Assembly: GCF_963921235.1 (NCBI RefSeq)
Contig: NC_086097.1
Location: 55,368,001 to 55,432,000, forward strand
DNA length: 64,000 nucleotides
Reading direction: 5' to 3'
Source: Mobula hypostoma
Lineage: Eukaryota
Below, piece after piece: positions 10,640 to 23,125 of the stretch. The notes beneath the pieces are model-generated. The model saw only the letters and a list, made by a program, of their open reading frames with translations. It made no database searches and was not told where the DNA came from. Numbering within the stretch: the stretch's first letter is position 1; every line of letters starts with the position of its first letter. A program made the translations under genes and the position numbers.

Positions 10640-13310
10640 TCCAGCTTCCAATCTACACTAATCAAGGGTTCACAAACTCCAGCTGTGTACATACATCTAC
10701 CGATGCCTCTGGACACATCTTCAGTGATGTTCCTGGAATTACCGGGTGTTTCGGGTCTTTCAACATCATACACCCTCCTCCAGGTGACCCAGCTGGGGCT
10801 GATCAGACCCCAGATTGTGTCCAAGTAGCTAGCTACTTATGACCGCATGGCTCCCCTCTTTTGAGCCACAGCCATCTTGAGGCCCTCTCTGCCGCATCGG
10901 TGGTACTGCGGATGGCTCTCCTCTTCCTCTCTCCCTCGATGCCCAAAATGCTGAAGGCTCTGGCTAAGGAACGGGCTGCGAATCCCCTACAACCAACCTC
11001 CACTGGGAGACACCTCGCTCTCCATCCAGCCTGCTGACAGTTGCTGACCAGTCCTGCATACTTGGAGAGCTTCCTTTCAAAGGCCTGTTCCAAGCTATCT
11101 TCCTATGGGTCTGTCAGCTCCAGCAGCACCACTTGCTTAGTCGACTCAGACACTAGGACAATGTCTGGTCGCAGGGTGGTGGCTGCGATATGGTTGGGGA
11201 ACTTCAGCTGCTGTTCGAGGTCCACCAACAGCTGCCAGTCCCTTGCAGAGGTCAGAATGCCTGCAGATGTTCTTTTGGCAGGTATTGGCTGCTCCCCAGC
11301 TCTGACAAAGGCAATGGTCTGCTTGGAGGGTTGGGACTGCTTCGCCCACTCAACTCCTGCGCCGATGGCTTCAGCGATGGTCTTCAGGACCTGATCATGC
11401 TTCCACCTGTACCGTCCCTCACCAAGTGCCCTTGCACAGCCGCTGAGGATGTGCTCCAGGGTTCCTCGCTTGGAGCACAGTGGGCACGCAGATGACTCTG
11501 CCAGTTTGATGGGCTTGGAAGCACATTGTACACTGTCTGGATGAGAAATTGGATGCAGTGTGGTTCGGCTTTCCAAAGATCAGCCCAGGTCACTTTCCTC
11601 TCAACCGCATTCTCCCACGTTGTCCAAGCTCCCTGTTGCTTCATTCCCAGGTTCTTGTCTCCTTCTCTACTGCTCTCACCTCCTCCTGAACTAGATGGTG
11701 CCTTTCCTTCCCTCTGGTGTCCATTTGGGGAGTTGGAAAGGATCCTAGCCCAGCTCAGCCTTGAGTGACCACTCCCACCAGCCTCCTGTGACGCAGCCTT
11801 GCCTCTGCTTCCTGAACAGCTTCCTCTGCCCTCCACTTCCTGCCAGTCCTCACTTGGATCCCTGCTCTAGCCACCTTCGGGTCACTTGAGTCCCTATACT
11901 GTAGCACTTCTCTGGCTCTTGTTACCTTGAATTCTTCCTCCAAGGATTTGAAGGGCAGTTGCAGTTTGTTGTGGTGTCCATAGAGTGCGATGCTGCTCAG
12001 GCTCTTTGGCAGCCCCAGCCATCTCCTGAAGTGGTTGCTAACCCTCCTCTCTAAGGTTTCGACTGTCGAGATCGGAACTGCATAGACGAGGAGGGGCCAC
12101 AGGATTCTGGGAAGAATTGCCATGCTGATACACCCAGGTTTTAAACTTCCCAGGTAGGCCAGACTTGTCCACAGATTTCAGCCAGCCATCCAACTCGGTG
12201 CAGGTCACCTGAGTGGATGTCGTGTCCCTTAAAGAGCTGTCAAAAACCTTGCCTAAGCTCTTGACTGGCTTTTCTGTAATGGATGGGATGGCTGTGCCTG
12301 GATGCTGAACCAGAACTTGTTCTCCACCTTCCCTTTCCTCAGCACCGTCAATTTTGATTTGGCTGGTTTGAAACGCATCCGGGCCCACTCCACCAGCTTT
12401 TCGAGCCCCTGCAGAATCCCCCGGCAGCCTGGGACTGATTCTGTGGTGACTGTGAGGTCATCCATGAATGCCGATAGGTGGTCGCCGTTGAGCGGAATTC
12501 ATTCTGGGCCCTCTGCACTCTGGTTCAGCAGACTTGGTGAGCATGTTCATGGCTAAGGAGAACAGTGTCACTGAGATAGTGCACCCTGTGATGATGCCAA
12601 TCTCCAGCTTGTGCCAGGTTGATGTAATTGCTCCTGAAGTGACCCTCATCCTGAAGTTGCTGTAGTAATCAGTGATAGGTCTCTGATTCTGCTGGGGACG
12701 TAATATTTGGTCAGTGTGAGCTGCACCAGCTTGTGCGGAATGGAGCCATATGCATTTGCCAGGTCGAGGCACAACACTGACAGGTTGCCCTTGTTTTCTC
12801 TGGCCTCCCTGATGATCTGTGTCACCACACCGATGTCTCCAGACAGCCCGGCATCCCTGAAATGCCACCCTTCTGGACTGATGTATCAATATAGGTGTTC
12901 TTTGCTAGGTAGGTGCACAACCGGTTGGAAACGGCACTGAAGAAGATCTTCGCCTCGACATACAGCAGGGAGATGATGCGAAACTGATCTATCTGGGTGG
13001 CATTTTCCTCCTTCGGGATCCACACTCCTTCAGCCACTCTCCACTGTTCTGGAATCTTCCCCCTTCTCCAGAAGGTTCTCAGGATCTTCCACAGACGCAG
13101 CAGGAGTTTGGGGCAGTTCTTGTACACTTTGTACGAGGTGCTGCTTGGTCCTGGAGCCGAGCTTGCCCTTGCTTTGTGGACGACCTCTCTGACTTGGTTT
13201 AGTTGCAGCTCTGACATGTTGAACTGCACACCCGGTTCAGGGGGGTCTATTAGGATGTTGCACTCTCCCAACTCCTGCTCTCTTTCAGGATCATTGTATA
13301 TCCTCAGATG
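10640..13310 (-). mobile_element. 5'-truncated HERO-like (R2/NeSL group) non-LTR retrotransposon with RT, CCHC and restriction-like endonuclease; frameshifted
   Basis: Overlapping minus-strand ORFs: APGPS..YKVYKNCP, FRIISLL, LDLANAYGSIPH, GIITGCTISVTLF, FMDDLT, CPLCSKRGTLEHILSGC, TLRPDIVLVSESTKQVVLLELT, RKLSKY, PVEVGCRGF. Stop near 10833, then a 3' UTR. Confidence 0.9.
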
Positions 13311-13339
13311 ATAAAGATAAATGACCAGGTGATCTTTAA

Positions 13340-13562
13340 CAATGTAGTTTGCAGCACTAATGTTGCCCAGGATACTAGGATAATATCCCTACCTTTCTTT
13401 AAAATATACCCCAGTGGGCCCTTTCCTGTCATTGGAGAGGGCAGCTGTTAATAACCGAGCACCCTGTCAGTACCTTGTTGAAGCACTAGCCTGAATTGCT
13501 GAAGTGGAGTTTGAAATTGTGAGCTGCAATTGGCAAAGTTAGAACGGAACCACTGAATGAGG
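13340..13562 (-). mobile_element. Ancient Deu-SINE (SacSINE/AmnSINE-like) remnant
   Basis: GCACCCTGTCAGTACC...AGCCTGAA...GAAGTGGAGTTTGAA loosely resembles the reverse complement of Deu-domain SINEs as I recall them; very degenerate. Confidence 0.35.
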
Positions 13563-13870
13563 AACTTATAATTGACTACTTGTGGAGAATTATGTCATTA
13601 CCTGCACATCTCCATGGGGTTTCATTTAGCTTTCTGTTTAGCCACATGCTGAGTTTCACCTGTATCTTTTTACAAGGATTGTCTCCTTCCATGTCTATGT
13701 TGTTATCTATCTCTACCCTCTCTGCTGAAGCCCTCATTCAGTCTATTTATTACCTTGAGACCTGAATGGTTCTGGATGTGCTTCCTGCACATCACCATGT
13801 CTCAGTCGTCCATCGTTCCAATATTTACTCACCTATTTCTGGTTCCCAAAAGCCTTACCTTTAAAATTCT

Positions 13871-14732
13871 GACACAGGAAAGACTTCAGATGCTGGAATG
13901 GAGCAATATGCAAGTAATACTGGGGGGACTATGGAGGGAAATGAACGTGTGATGCTTTAGGCCAAGACCATTTATCAGCACTGGAAAGAGAGAGGCCATA
14001 ACCTAGAATAAAAAGATGGTGGGAGGGGGAGCACGTCCTGGTGGGTGATTGATGAAACTAACCGAAAGGGGGAAAATGGGTAGGTGGGGGAGGGGAGAGA
14101 AGTGGGAATGATATAAGAAGCTAGTAGGTGAAAGATGGAAGGGGAAAAGGATGAAAAAGATGGAATCTGATAGGAGAGGACAGAAGACCATGGAACAAAG
14201 GGAGGAAGGTGTGGGTGATGGGCAGTTTATGGGGGTGGGGGAGAGGAAACAGAAGGAATGAGGAAAAGGAGGTTACTGAAGGGGGGTGGCTACTTGAAGT
14301 TGGAGAAATTGATGATATCATCAGGTTGGAGACTACAAAACAAAATACACGATGTTGTTCCTCTAATCTTAGTCTAGCCTCCACTTAGCAGTGGGGAAGC
14401 CATGCACAGACAAGTTGGGAAGTGCAACTAAAATGTCTGGCCACCAGGAGATCCTGGTTGTTACAGTGTACAGACGTAAGGTGCCCAATGAAGTAATCAA
14501 CCACTCGACATCAAATCTCACTAATGTAGAGGACGCTGCATCGGATGCAAGAAATGACATCAATGGGCTTGCATGTGAAGTGCTGGCTCACCTGGAAGAA
14601 CTGTTTAGAGCCCTTAGTGGCAGTGAGAGAGGAGGTGTAGGGGCAGGTGTAACACTTGGGGCAGTTGCAGGGATGAGTGCCAGTAGGGACGAGCAGGCAA
14701 GGGAGTTGTGGAGAGAGCAATCCCTGTGGAAT
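13871..14732 (-). mobile_element. Older Penelope (Neptune-type) 3' fragment with GIY-YIG remnant and pLTR
   Basis: ORF 14511-14756 contains KCYTCPYTSSLT..QHFTC..VISCIRCSVLYISE and ORF 14121-14384 contains EARLRLEEQH. Both are homologous to the young copy at 56676-57002. Degenerate hammerhead at ~13955-13978. Confidence 0.8.
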
Positions 14733-16384
14733 TAAAATTCTTATGCTTCCACACAAACCCCTTTATAACCATGCCCTTTTATTTCAAAACACATGGTCTC
14801 TCTGAGTTTTAATCCTGGCAGCAAAAATAGAGTAGCACTTTTTGTTCATGGTGACAGACTGTTAAAGGGGATTTGGGTATTCTTGTATAGGAGACCAGGA
14901 AAATTAACATCAGGTGCAGCAAACAATTAAAAAAATTATATGGGTCTTTATTGTAATGAAGTTGGCATATATGAGTAAGCCTTGATGTGTATATGTGTGT
15001 TGAATCCACTCCACGCAAACTGCTCGACACCATCTGACCTTGGTCAGTTATTACTGTGAGGACTGCAATTACTTTTCTTTTGTCCAAGTCCCAAGCTCTC
15101 TCTCTCTGTGCAGTACAGGAGTGCTTAAATGGACACTGGAAGGTTCTTTCATTTAAAACTAATGTTGAGGTAAATGCTGGAACTCAGTTTTTAGTTCTAC
15201 CATTACAGTAATAGAAAGAGAGTTGTATTACAATATATATTTTGGTTTGCTTGCATTATGGTTTATAAGAGCTGCTTAATGTAAAAATAGCAGCCTAATG
15301 AGTAAGATTTTCTTTGGATCTGTCAAATTTGAAACAATTCATTTTCTATGAATGAAATTGCTGAGAATATTTCTTGTCTTTGCAGAGCCATAAAGTTAGT
15401 CCTAAGATAAAACATGTTGTCGATGTAGGTCAGTGCTTGTCCAAAAATGAATATTCTGGAGCTACCATGACCATGTTTTATTAGAAGGTGCTTGTTAGTT
15501 TTCATTAGATGGGATTATGGAGATTCTAAAACTTTGCTAATGATAGGATTATAATGTGGAGGTCTGGCAATCATTAACCAACATTTGTGCTGTACACATC
15601 AATAATAATTCTATTCACAATATCATTCAATAGACTGCTGTATCTTATGTTACCTTAAAACCAAGAAAATTTATAAGGAGACTTGCATTAATTTTAAATT
15701 GCACCCTGTAAACCAAAAAAAAAATCCAATATCATTGATCATGGAACTATGTGGAAGAGTTGGTTGCAATTTAAATAGTGTTGCTTCATAGAATAAATGT
15801 AATACAGCTTTATATGAAGGGCTGTGATAAAGCTTTGTATTTTCAGACACATCCAGTGGTGAACTAATGGCGTTTTTGCTTGGTCCTGGTGGCTGGCTGT
15901 GCTTGATACTATTTGTCTTGTTCATTGTTAATGATTGTTCTGTCTGGAATGAATGGTACAAGATTGAACAGCACAACAGAGACAGTTCAAAACTGTAATG
16001 TATTGCCTAAATGGGGTTTTCAGAAACTATAAAATGTCTAACTTGAAATCAAAAGATCACATTGTGAAATTAGAAATGGCAGAAACCCACTCTGCCTCAA
16101 CTTGCTCATGTATGGTGAGAAAGCACTGTTTAAAAGGAATGCTTTCAGTATGTGGCATTGTGCTACAAATTGTGGTGAAGCAAGCAACTGGCAGTAATTC
16201 AAACTCCTTAGTCCAAAAATGTAGTACTAACTTCAAGAGCAGGTTAAAACTGAAGATAGTCAGACCCATATGGGATGTAATAAGGATCAGGAAGGATTAT
16301 TCCCAGCTGAATACTTAGTTGTGCAGTTTCCTCTAAGTTGGGAGGTTAAAATTGACTCCCCATAAGAGCTTACAGAATTGAAAA

Positions 16385-16648
16385 GCATTCCATTTATTCT
16401 CATTTCGAGATACAGTGTGTTAACAAGCCTGACTAACCCAATGAACCCATGTCACCCAATTATACCCATGTGACCAATTAACCTATTAACCGGGATGTTT
16501 TTGAAACGTGGGAGGAAACTGGAGCTCCCGGAGGAAACCCGTGTGGTCACGGCGAATTTACAAACTCCTTACAGACAGTGCTGGGAAATGATTCTGCGTT
16601 GCTGCCACCGTAATAGTGTTGCTAACCACTGGGCTACTGTGCCGCCCC
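16385..16648 (-). mobile_element. V-SINE (HE1-like)
   Basis: Plus strand shows GTGGGAGGAAACTGGAGCTCCCGGAGGAAACCC (reverse complement of the V-domain) and ends GCTAACCACTGGGCTACTGTGCCGCCC (reverse complement of a tRNA-like head with A box). Confidence 0.75.
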
Positions 16649-16974
16649 AAATATTTAAGTCTTTTCCATCCTTTAAGTTAAAGGTACTTCAAATTTTAAA
16701 GTTGTGCTTTTTTGCTAACTTTTTAAACTTGTCCATGTTAAAATTTACCCATGTAAACTACCAAACCACAGTTACTTTTTCTCATCTGTGTATGTGTCTT
16801 AGCGCTTCAATTTTGTAATTCTAGCTCCTTACCCTCTACTTAAGAGAACATATTTTGTTCCTGTAAATCTTCACCTCTTGCCAAGCTAATTTAAAATGTC
16901 TATTTAATTAATATCAATTTCTGGAATTCTCTGCCTTGGGGTTGGAAGTGGGATCACTAAAAATTGGTAGTGGA

Positions 16975-18050
16975 TAAATATTTGATAGATTAGAGAATAT
17001 GGAGAAATGGCGAGAGGAGTTGAGGCCAGTGTAGATCAGCCATGATCATACGAAACATCAAAACAGGCTTGGACAAGGGCCTGATCCTGATCCTTTTCTC
17101 GTGTTCTCATGTCCCTGACTGATTGTCATGGCAAATTGTTCCATGCGGAGAAATCTAGGAGACTAGATTCATATTCCCAAATTTACAGGACTGAGAGGCA
17201 ATCTCATTTAAAAAAAATGTTAAAGGCTCGCAGGGCAGGTAGAGGAAAGAGGTTTCCTCAGCTCTGGAATCTAGAATTCGGTTTAAAGCCTATAAAGAAT
17301 AGCTTGGTTACTTTACGATTGAGATGAAAGATGCACTTTCAGCTTAGAATTCTGGAATTCTCTAAGGCAGAGGGTGGAGAATGTGCATATTCAAGACAAG
17401 GCTGGGGGGTGGGGTGGGGGGAATCTGAGACTAGTGAAATCAAGAAGTAAGGGGGCAGTATAGAGTTCTAATACTAGGGATATCAAGGAATAAAGGTATT
17501 GGGGTTTCTAATATTAGGGAAATCAGGGAATAAAGGGACTGGGAGGGTTCTGATACTAGGGACATCAAGGAATAAAGGGACTGTGGGTTTCTGATACTAG
17601 GGAAATCAAGGAATAAAGGGACTGGGGGATTCTGATACCAGGGAAATCAAGAAATAAAGGGACTGGGGGATTCTGATACTAGAGAAATCAAGGAATAAAG
17701 GGACTGGGGGATTCTGATACCAGGGAATTCAATGAATAAAGGGACTGGGGGGGGGGGTGTTCTGATACTAGGGACATCAAGGAATTAAGGGACGGGGGGA
17801 TTCTGATTCCAGGGACATCAAGGAATAAAGGGATTGGGAGATTCTGATTCCACAGAAATCAAGGAATAAAGGGACTGGGGGATGCTGATTCCACAGAAAT
17901 CAAGGAATAAAGGGACTGAGGAGTTCTAATACTGGGGACATCAAGGAATAAAGTGACAATATGGGATAGTGGTGTTGAGATAAAAGGTCAGCTATGATCT
18001 TCATGGAAATTAAAGTGGATTGGAGGCTATTTTTGTTTTACGTTTTTCTC
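16975..18050 (+). mobile_element. Degraded CR1 3'-end fragments surrounding a minisatellite
   Basis: CR1-type 3' motifs AGATCAGCCATGATCAT, TCTGGAATTCTCTAAGGCAGAGGGTGGAG and GGTCAGCTATGATCTT. Confidence 0.55.
17424..17952 (+). repeat. Minisatellite, ~41-bp unit x ~13
   Basis: Unit TCTGATACTAGGGAAATCAAGGAATAAAGGGACTGGGGGAT; GGGA(A/C)ATC recurs at 17559, 17600 and 17641 (41-bp period). Confidence 0.95.
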
Positions 18051-18689
18051 TCCATAGCTATTCATACATCAGTTGAAGATGGGTTTAAGTTATCCCTGCA
18101 TACAGGGCTTCAACTACCCACCAACCCTTTTGCTCTAAGACTGCATGCTGTGAAGTTGTTCATGTTTATACTTTGAGAGCACAAATGAGTGATGTATGCT
18201 CAGTCATGTATTATACACACTGCATCATTTTCCTAAAACCGCGCAATATTTGATTGATTGTTAATTTCACATCCTACGATATTTTTGTTAACACAAGGAA
18301 TAAGTCCAACAGTGATGTGATAATGCCAGTTTTGAGCTTAACAAAATGAATTATTTTGGTAACTTTATCTCCAACGTGCCATGATAAAACCTGATTGTAC
18401 AGGATCCAACAAAACTAGAGAAAAATCACTAGCCGCAAATTTCTGAAAGGCAAGTCTTAATTTATAAAGAGAAGAAATTTACTAGAATTGCATTTGGGCT
18501 AAGAGCTTATTTTATGCCCCAGAGCATAGATCCTTGCATAGTGGAGTCAGGAGAAATACGGGTTGGTCCCCTTGGCGCAAAGTAGACTAAGAGTAAATTT
18601 GATAAATCTTTATCTAATTTATCTCGACAACATGAATTTAAAGCAAGATATTTCTTATAAAAATATAAGAAATACGTAAAGAAAAACTG

Positions 18690-19692
18690 TGCCACAATAA
18701 CAACCTCTCATCAATGTAGCAAAACCAAGGAATTGATCATTAACTTGAGCTGGAGGAGATCAAAGGTCCATGAGCCAGCCCTCATTGGAGGATCAAAGAT
18801 GGTGTGGGTCAGCAACTTTAAATACCTCAGTGCTATAATTTCACAGGACCTGTCCTGGGCCCAGCACTTAACTGTAATTATGAAGAAAGTACAACAGCGT
18901 CTCTACTTCCTTGGAGGTTTGCAAAGATTCGGCAGGACGTTTAATACTTTGACCAACTTCTATAGATGTGTGGTGGGGTATATATTTTTAAAAAATGTTT
19001 GCTTGGTCCGAGCCATTCTCCTTCAGCAGTCCGATTACAGCCTGAAATATCAGGATTGAAGTATGGTGGGGTGTATATTGACTGGTTGCATCACACCGTA
19101 GTATGGAATCACCAATGCTCTTAAACAGAAATTTCTACAAAAAGTATTGGATATGGCCCGATCCGTCTTGGGTAAAACCCTCCCCTCCGTTGAGCACATC
19201 TATATGGAGCACTGTCGCAGGAAAGCAGCATCCATCATCAGCGACCCCACCCCCACCCAACCACTCATGTCATGCTCCCTTCTCATTGTTGCCATCAGGA
19301 AGAAGGTACAGGAGTGTCAGGATCACACAACCAGGTTCAGGAACAGTTATTGCCCCTCAACCATCAGGCGCTTGAATAGGGATAATTTCATTCAACTTCA
19401 CTTGCTCCATCACTGAGTTGTTCTCACAGCCTAAGGACACACTTTGAAGAACTCCTTGTCTCATGTTCTCGATACTTATTGTTTTTTTAAATCTATTTTT
19501 ATTATTTTTTCTCTTCCGTATTTGTGCTGTTTATTGTCTTCTGCACATTGGTTGTTTATCTGCCCTGCTGGGCTGGTCTTTCATTGATTCTATTATGTTT
19601 CTTGAATTTATTGAGTATTCCCACAAGAAAATGAATCTCAGGATTGTATATGGTAATATATATGTAGTTTGATAATAAATTTACTTTGAACT
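18690..19692 (+). mobile_element. Rex1/Babar LINE 3' portion interrupted by a 74-bp insertion
   Basis: FKYLSAIISQDLSW..KKVQQRLYFL..LTNFYRCVV and FSLLPSGRRYRS motifs; 3' end GATAATAAATTTACTTTGAACTTT. Confidence 0.85.
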
Positions 19693-21538
19693 TTATCACT
19701 GATGGATTGGTAGCCGATGTGGGATGATTGGTAAAAATGGGTACAATGAGGATTAATTCTTGAATAAAACAAAGGATCACAAATGAAGTGCAGTAAAGTA
19801 ATGGATATGAGTTTAGATGTAGTCTTCAAAAGGGAATTGAATAAGTTCCCTAAAGCATCATTTTCACTAAAATTATCCAAATTCCATGGTGTGTGAAATA
19901 AAGGACCCTACTGCAGTTGAAGGAGGGAGACAGGAATTCAAAGCAGAACCATATGTCCTAGATTTCTGCTTTATTTCCTCTGTCAGAAATCTCATGGGGA
20001 GGGGAGGGAACATGTTTTCTGCCAAGCTGACCTCTCCCATAGCTTAGCAACAGCTTAGTGATGCTTAAATGATGATCCAAGACCACACCAGGAAATCAGT
20101 GCAATACCTTCCCATCAGGCTCAGTGAAACCTATATCTTCTGAGCATCATAATTCCCAAAGCTGGCAAAAAATAAAGGTCACGGAACCTGACACCAGCCC
20201 ATTTCTGTGGACGTATTTGTTTGCATACACTTGATGAAGCATTGTGGCTCTTTTGCCTGAAATAAATGTGTACTGTACTGCCTTTTTGATGGCAATACAG
20301 CGTAGACCCCTTGTAGTGCCACTGCAGTATCTGGTTCCCGTCCAAGAATCCAACAATACAATTTAGTACATGATCCTGTGATTCACACTGGCAGACCTAA
20401 GCAAATGTTTAATTTCGCACTTGGGTTTATTGTATATGTTTAAAACATAATAATTATGAAGGAATGATAAACAATTTAATTTTGAAAAACTCTGAGTTAA
20501 GTAGAATCCTATATGGCACAGTTTTACTTACTGGTATGAATTAGTGGTGCTTTGGCAATGAAAAGTAAAGGGTAAACCATAATGACCTTATTGGTGTGAC
20601 TATTGAATTTGTGTTTTATTCAACAACAAAGGAGTAGAGCAAAATAATTAATTAATTTATTCCTTTAACACACTCTGAGTTTGTATGAAATTCACACTGA
20701 CATGAAATATATTTAATGCACATTACCTGTCCATCACTGACAGCTGCCAAACAGAGCCTGGAAATGGTGGATTTATGGCAGATTTACTTTGTGTCAGCTT
20801 TAGTGTAACAGCTGGAGCTCAAACAAGTGACAGTGAATTTCTGTAGGGGTTCTTTTGGTCGGCTGCCAAAACTTCTTCATAATAGCCATGGAAATTCATG
20901 GTTTTAAAAAAAGGACATAAATGGGGTTTATGTTCCCTTACTTCTATTTCCATAACTTTTTCCTTTAGTTTTAGCTGATGAGGTGAAATCCTTGTGTAAA
21001 TTTGCACGTGTGCCCACATACATGCAGTGTAATAAACATTCATGCTAACTCACACAATTCATTCTCTCACATAAGGAAGTTAAATTCATATATAAGCTCT
21101 CATATTAATTTTTGTTATGCACCCTGCTCCTGTTCTGCCTGGATTTTGATAGGTTTTCATTAAATTTGAATTTAATATAGGAACTTTATGGGTTACTCTT
21201 TACTTGTTACTAAGAAGCAGGAATTCACATCAATTATGTAAAACTGTACCATATAGTGTTCTACTTGGATCAGAATTCAAATTTATTATGCTTATCATTC
21301 CTTAATAATTATAAAATAAACTGTATCTCAGAGAATCATGTAACCTATTTTTACTAACTTGAAAAATTCGTAGACCCTTTCTTGATCAGAGGAACCCTAG
21401 GGATGTCCTTAACACTTAGAATTGCTTTGTTCTGTGTATTGGTGTTTTTGTAATTCTACTGAAGAGACTTTTTACTTTGTTGGTTCATGTAATTAATGGT
21501 TTAGAAGTTAACCTTTGGTCGATTCTAATAATCCATTA

Positions 21539-21819
21539 CAGTAAATCTCATGACGATTCACTATCTGCATATTCAGATTTTGCAATGCTCAGGCATCTGG
21601 CTCACTGAGTAATGTTTTCTCACTCTCCCTTTAAATTTACCTGAATCTCTTTCCAACGCTGTCTTTAAGCACTATGATGCCACGTTACCCACATGTCCTT
21701 GAGTCTCACTGGACTGTTTCCTGTGCTCCCTTAATAGCAATAACATCCAATTGTCTGGAACACCTGCTGTTCCAGCATCACCAATAACTTGAGATTGCAG
21801 GATTAACAGAATTTTACTG
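21539..21819. mobile_element. Possible old Tigger-like MITE
   Basis: TA-CAGTAAA ... TTTACTG-TA termini; TIR match is poor beyond 7 bp. Confidence 0.3.
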
Positions 21820-22399
21820 TATTGTACCATGTCATTCTTCACTCATCACTAAATGGGCTGACTGTGATCCCAACTTGGGATGTCAAAGCTGCCCTGATGC
21901 ACGTCATTATGCTGCTTATACTATCAGCAATAGATAATATATCTACCTATAGAGATAGTGTGAGTAAATTCAGTAAATTTTGTGCATTATGTTAGAGATA
22001 TGTAAGTAAACGCAGAATAACAACAAAAATGGTACTGCAGGAGTATAATATAGCAATGAATGTGGAAAATACAGTACAAACAAAATCTTAATTGCTGCCT
22101 AACTTGCTCAATGTTTATAGTATTTTCTATTTGTTTCAGATTTCCAGCATCTGCAGTTTTAACAAAAAAAATTAATATAAATATTAAATGCAAGTTCAAA
22201 ATCATAAAAGGTAAATTTAGGATTGCTGCTCATCAACAATAAATCTCGAGATGCAGTGATCCAATACCAGAGGAAGGTGAAAATCCTAAACTTAATTAGG
22301 AGCTTTTGGATGTCACAATGGGCATTCCCTTTCATGATGTGTAGTCATCTATGTTCAAAATATGTAGTACCAGTTGTTATTACTCCTACCCACCATATG

Positions 22400-23125
22400 C
22401 ATAGAACCATAGAACACTACAGCACAGAAAACAGGCCATTTGGCCCTTCTAGTCTGTGCCAAAACTTTATTCTGCTAGTCCCATTGACCTGCACCCAGTC
22501 CATAACCCTCCAGACCTCTCCTGTGCGTGTATCTATCTAATTTGTTCTTAAAACTTAAGAGTGCTTCAGATGGCAGCTCGTTCCATACTCCCACCACTCT
22601 CTGAGTGAAGAAGTTCCCCCTAATGTTCCTCCTAAACCTTTCCCCTTTCACCCTAAAGCCATGTCCTCTCGTGCTTATCTCTCCTAATGTAAGTAGAAAG
22701 AGCCTACTTGCATTTACTCTGTCTATACCCTTCATTATTTTGTAAACTTCTATCAAATCTCCCCTCATTCTTCTACGCTCCAAGGAATAAAATCCTAACC
22801 TGTTCAATCTTTCCCTGCAACTCAACTTCTGAAGACCCGGCAACATCCTAGTATATCTTCTCTGCACTCTTTCAATCTTACTGATATCCTTCCTATAGTT
22901 AGGTGACCAGATCTGCACACAATACTCCAAATTTGGCCTCACCAATGTCTTATACAACTTCGCATAACATCCCAACTCCTATACTCAATACTTGGATTTA
23001 TGAATGCCAGGATGCCAAAAGCCTTCTTTACAACCCTGTCCACCTGTGACGCCACTTTCAGGGAATTATGTATCTGAACTTCCAGATCCTTTTGTTCCTC
23101 CGCACTCCTCAGTGACCTACCATTT
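22400..23125 (-). mobile_element. CR1 LINE 3' end (relatively young)
   Basis: ORF 22475-22975 LYKTLVRPNLEYCVQIWSP..LERRRMRGDLIEVYKI..FFTQRVVGVWNELP, followed by a CR1 tail (TTCTATGGTTCTATG). Confidence 0.92.

Noticed and set aside
17424..17952. Regularly spaced repeats as a CRISPR array
   Set aside because: Units are contiguous tandem copies with no unique spacers, there are no cas genes, and the context is vertebrate.
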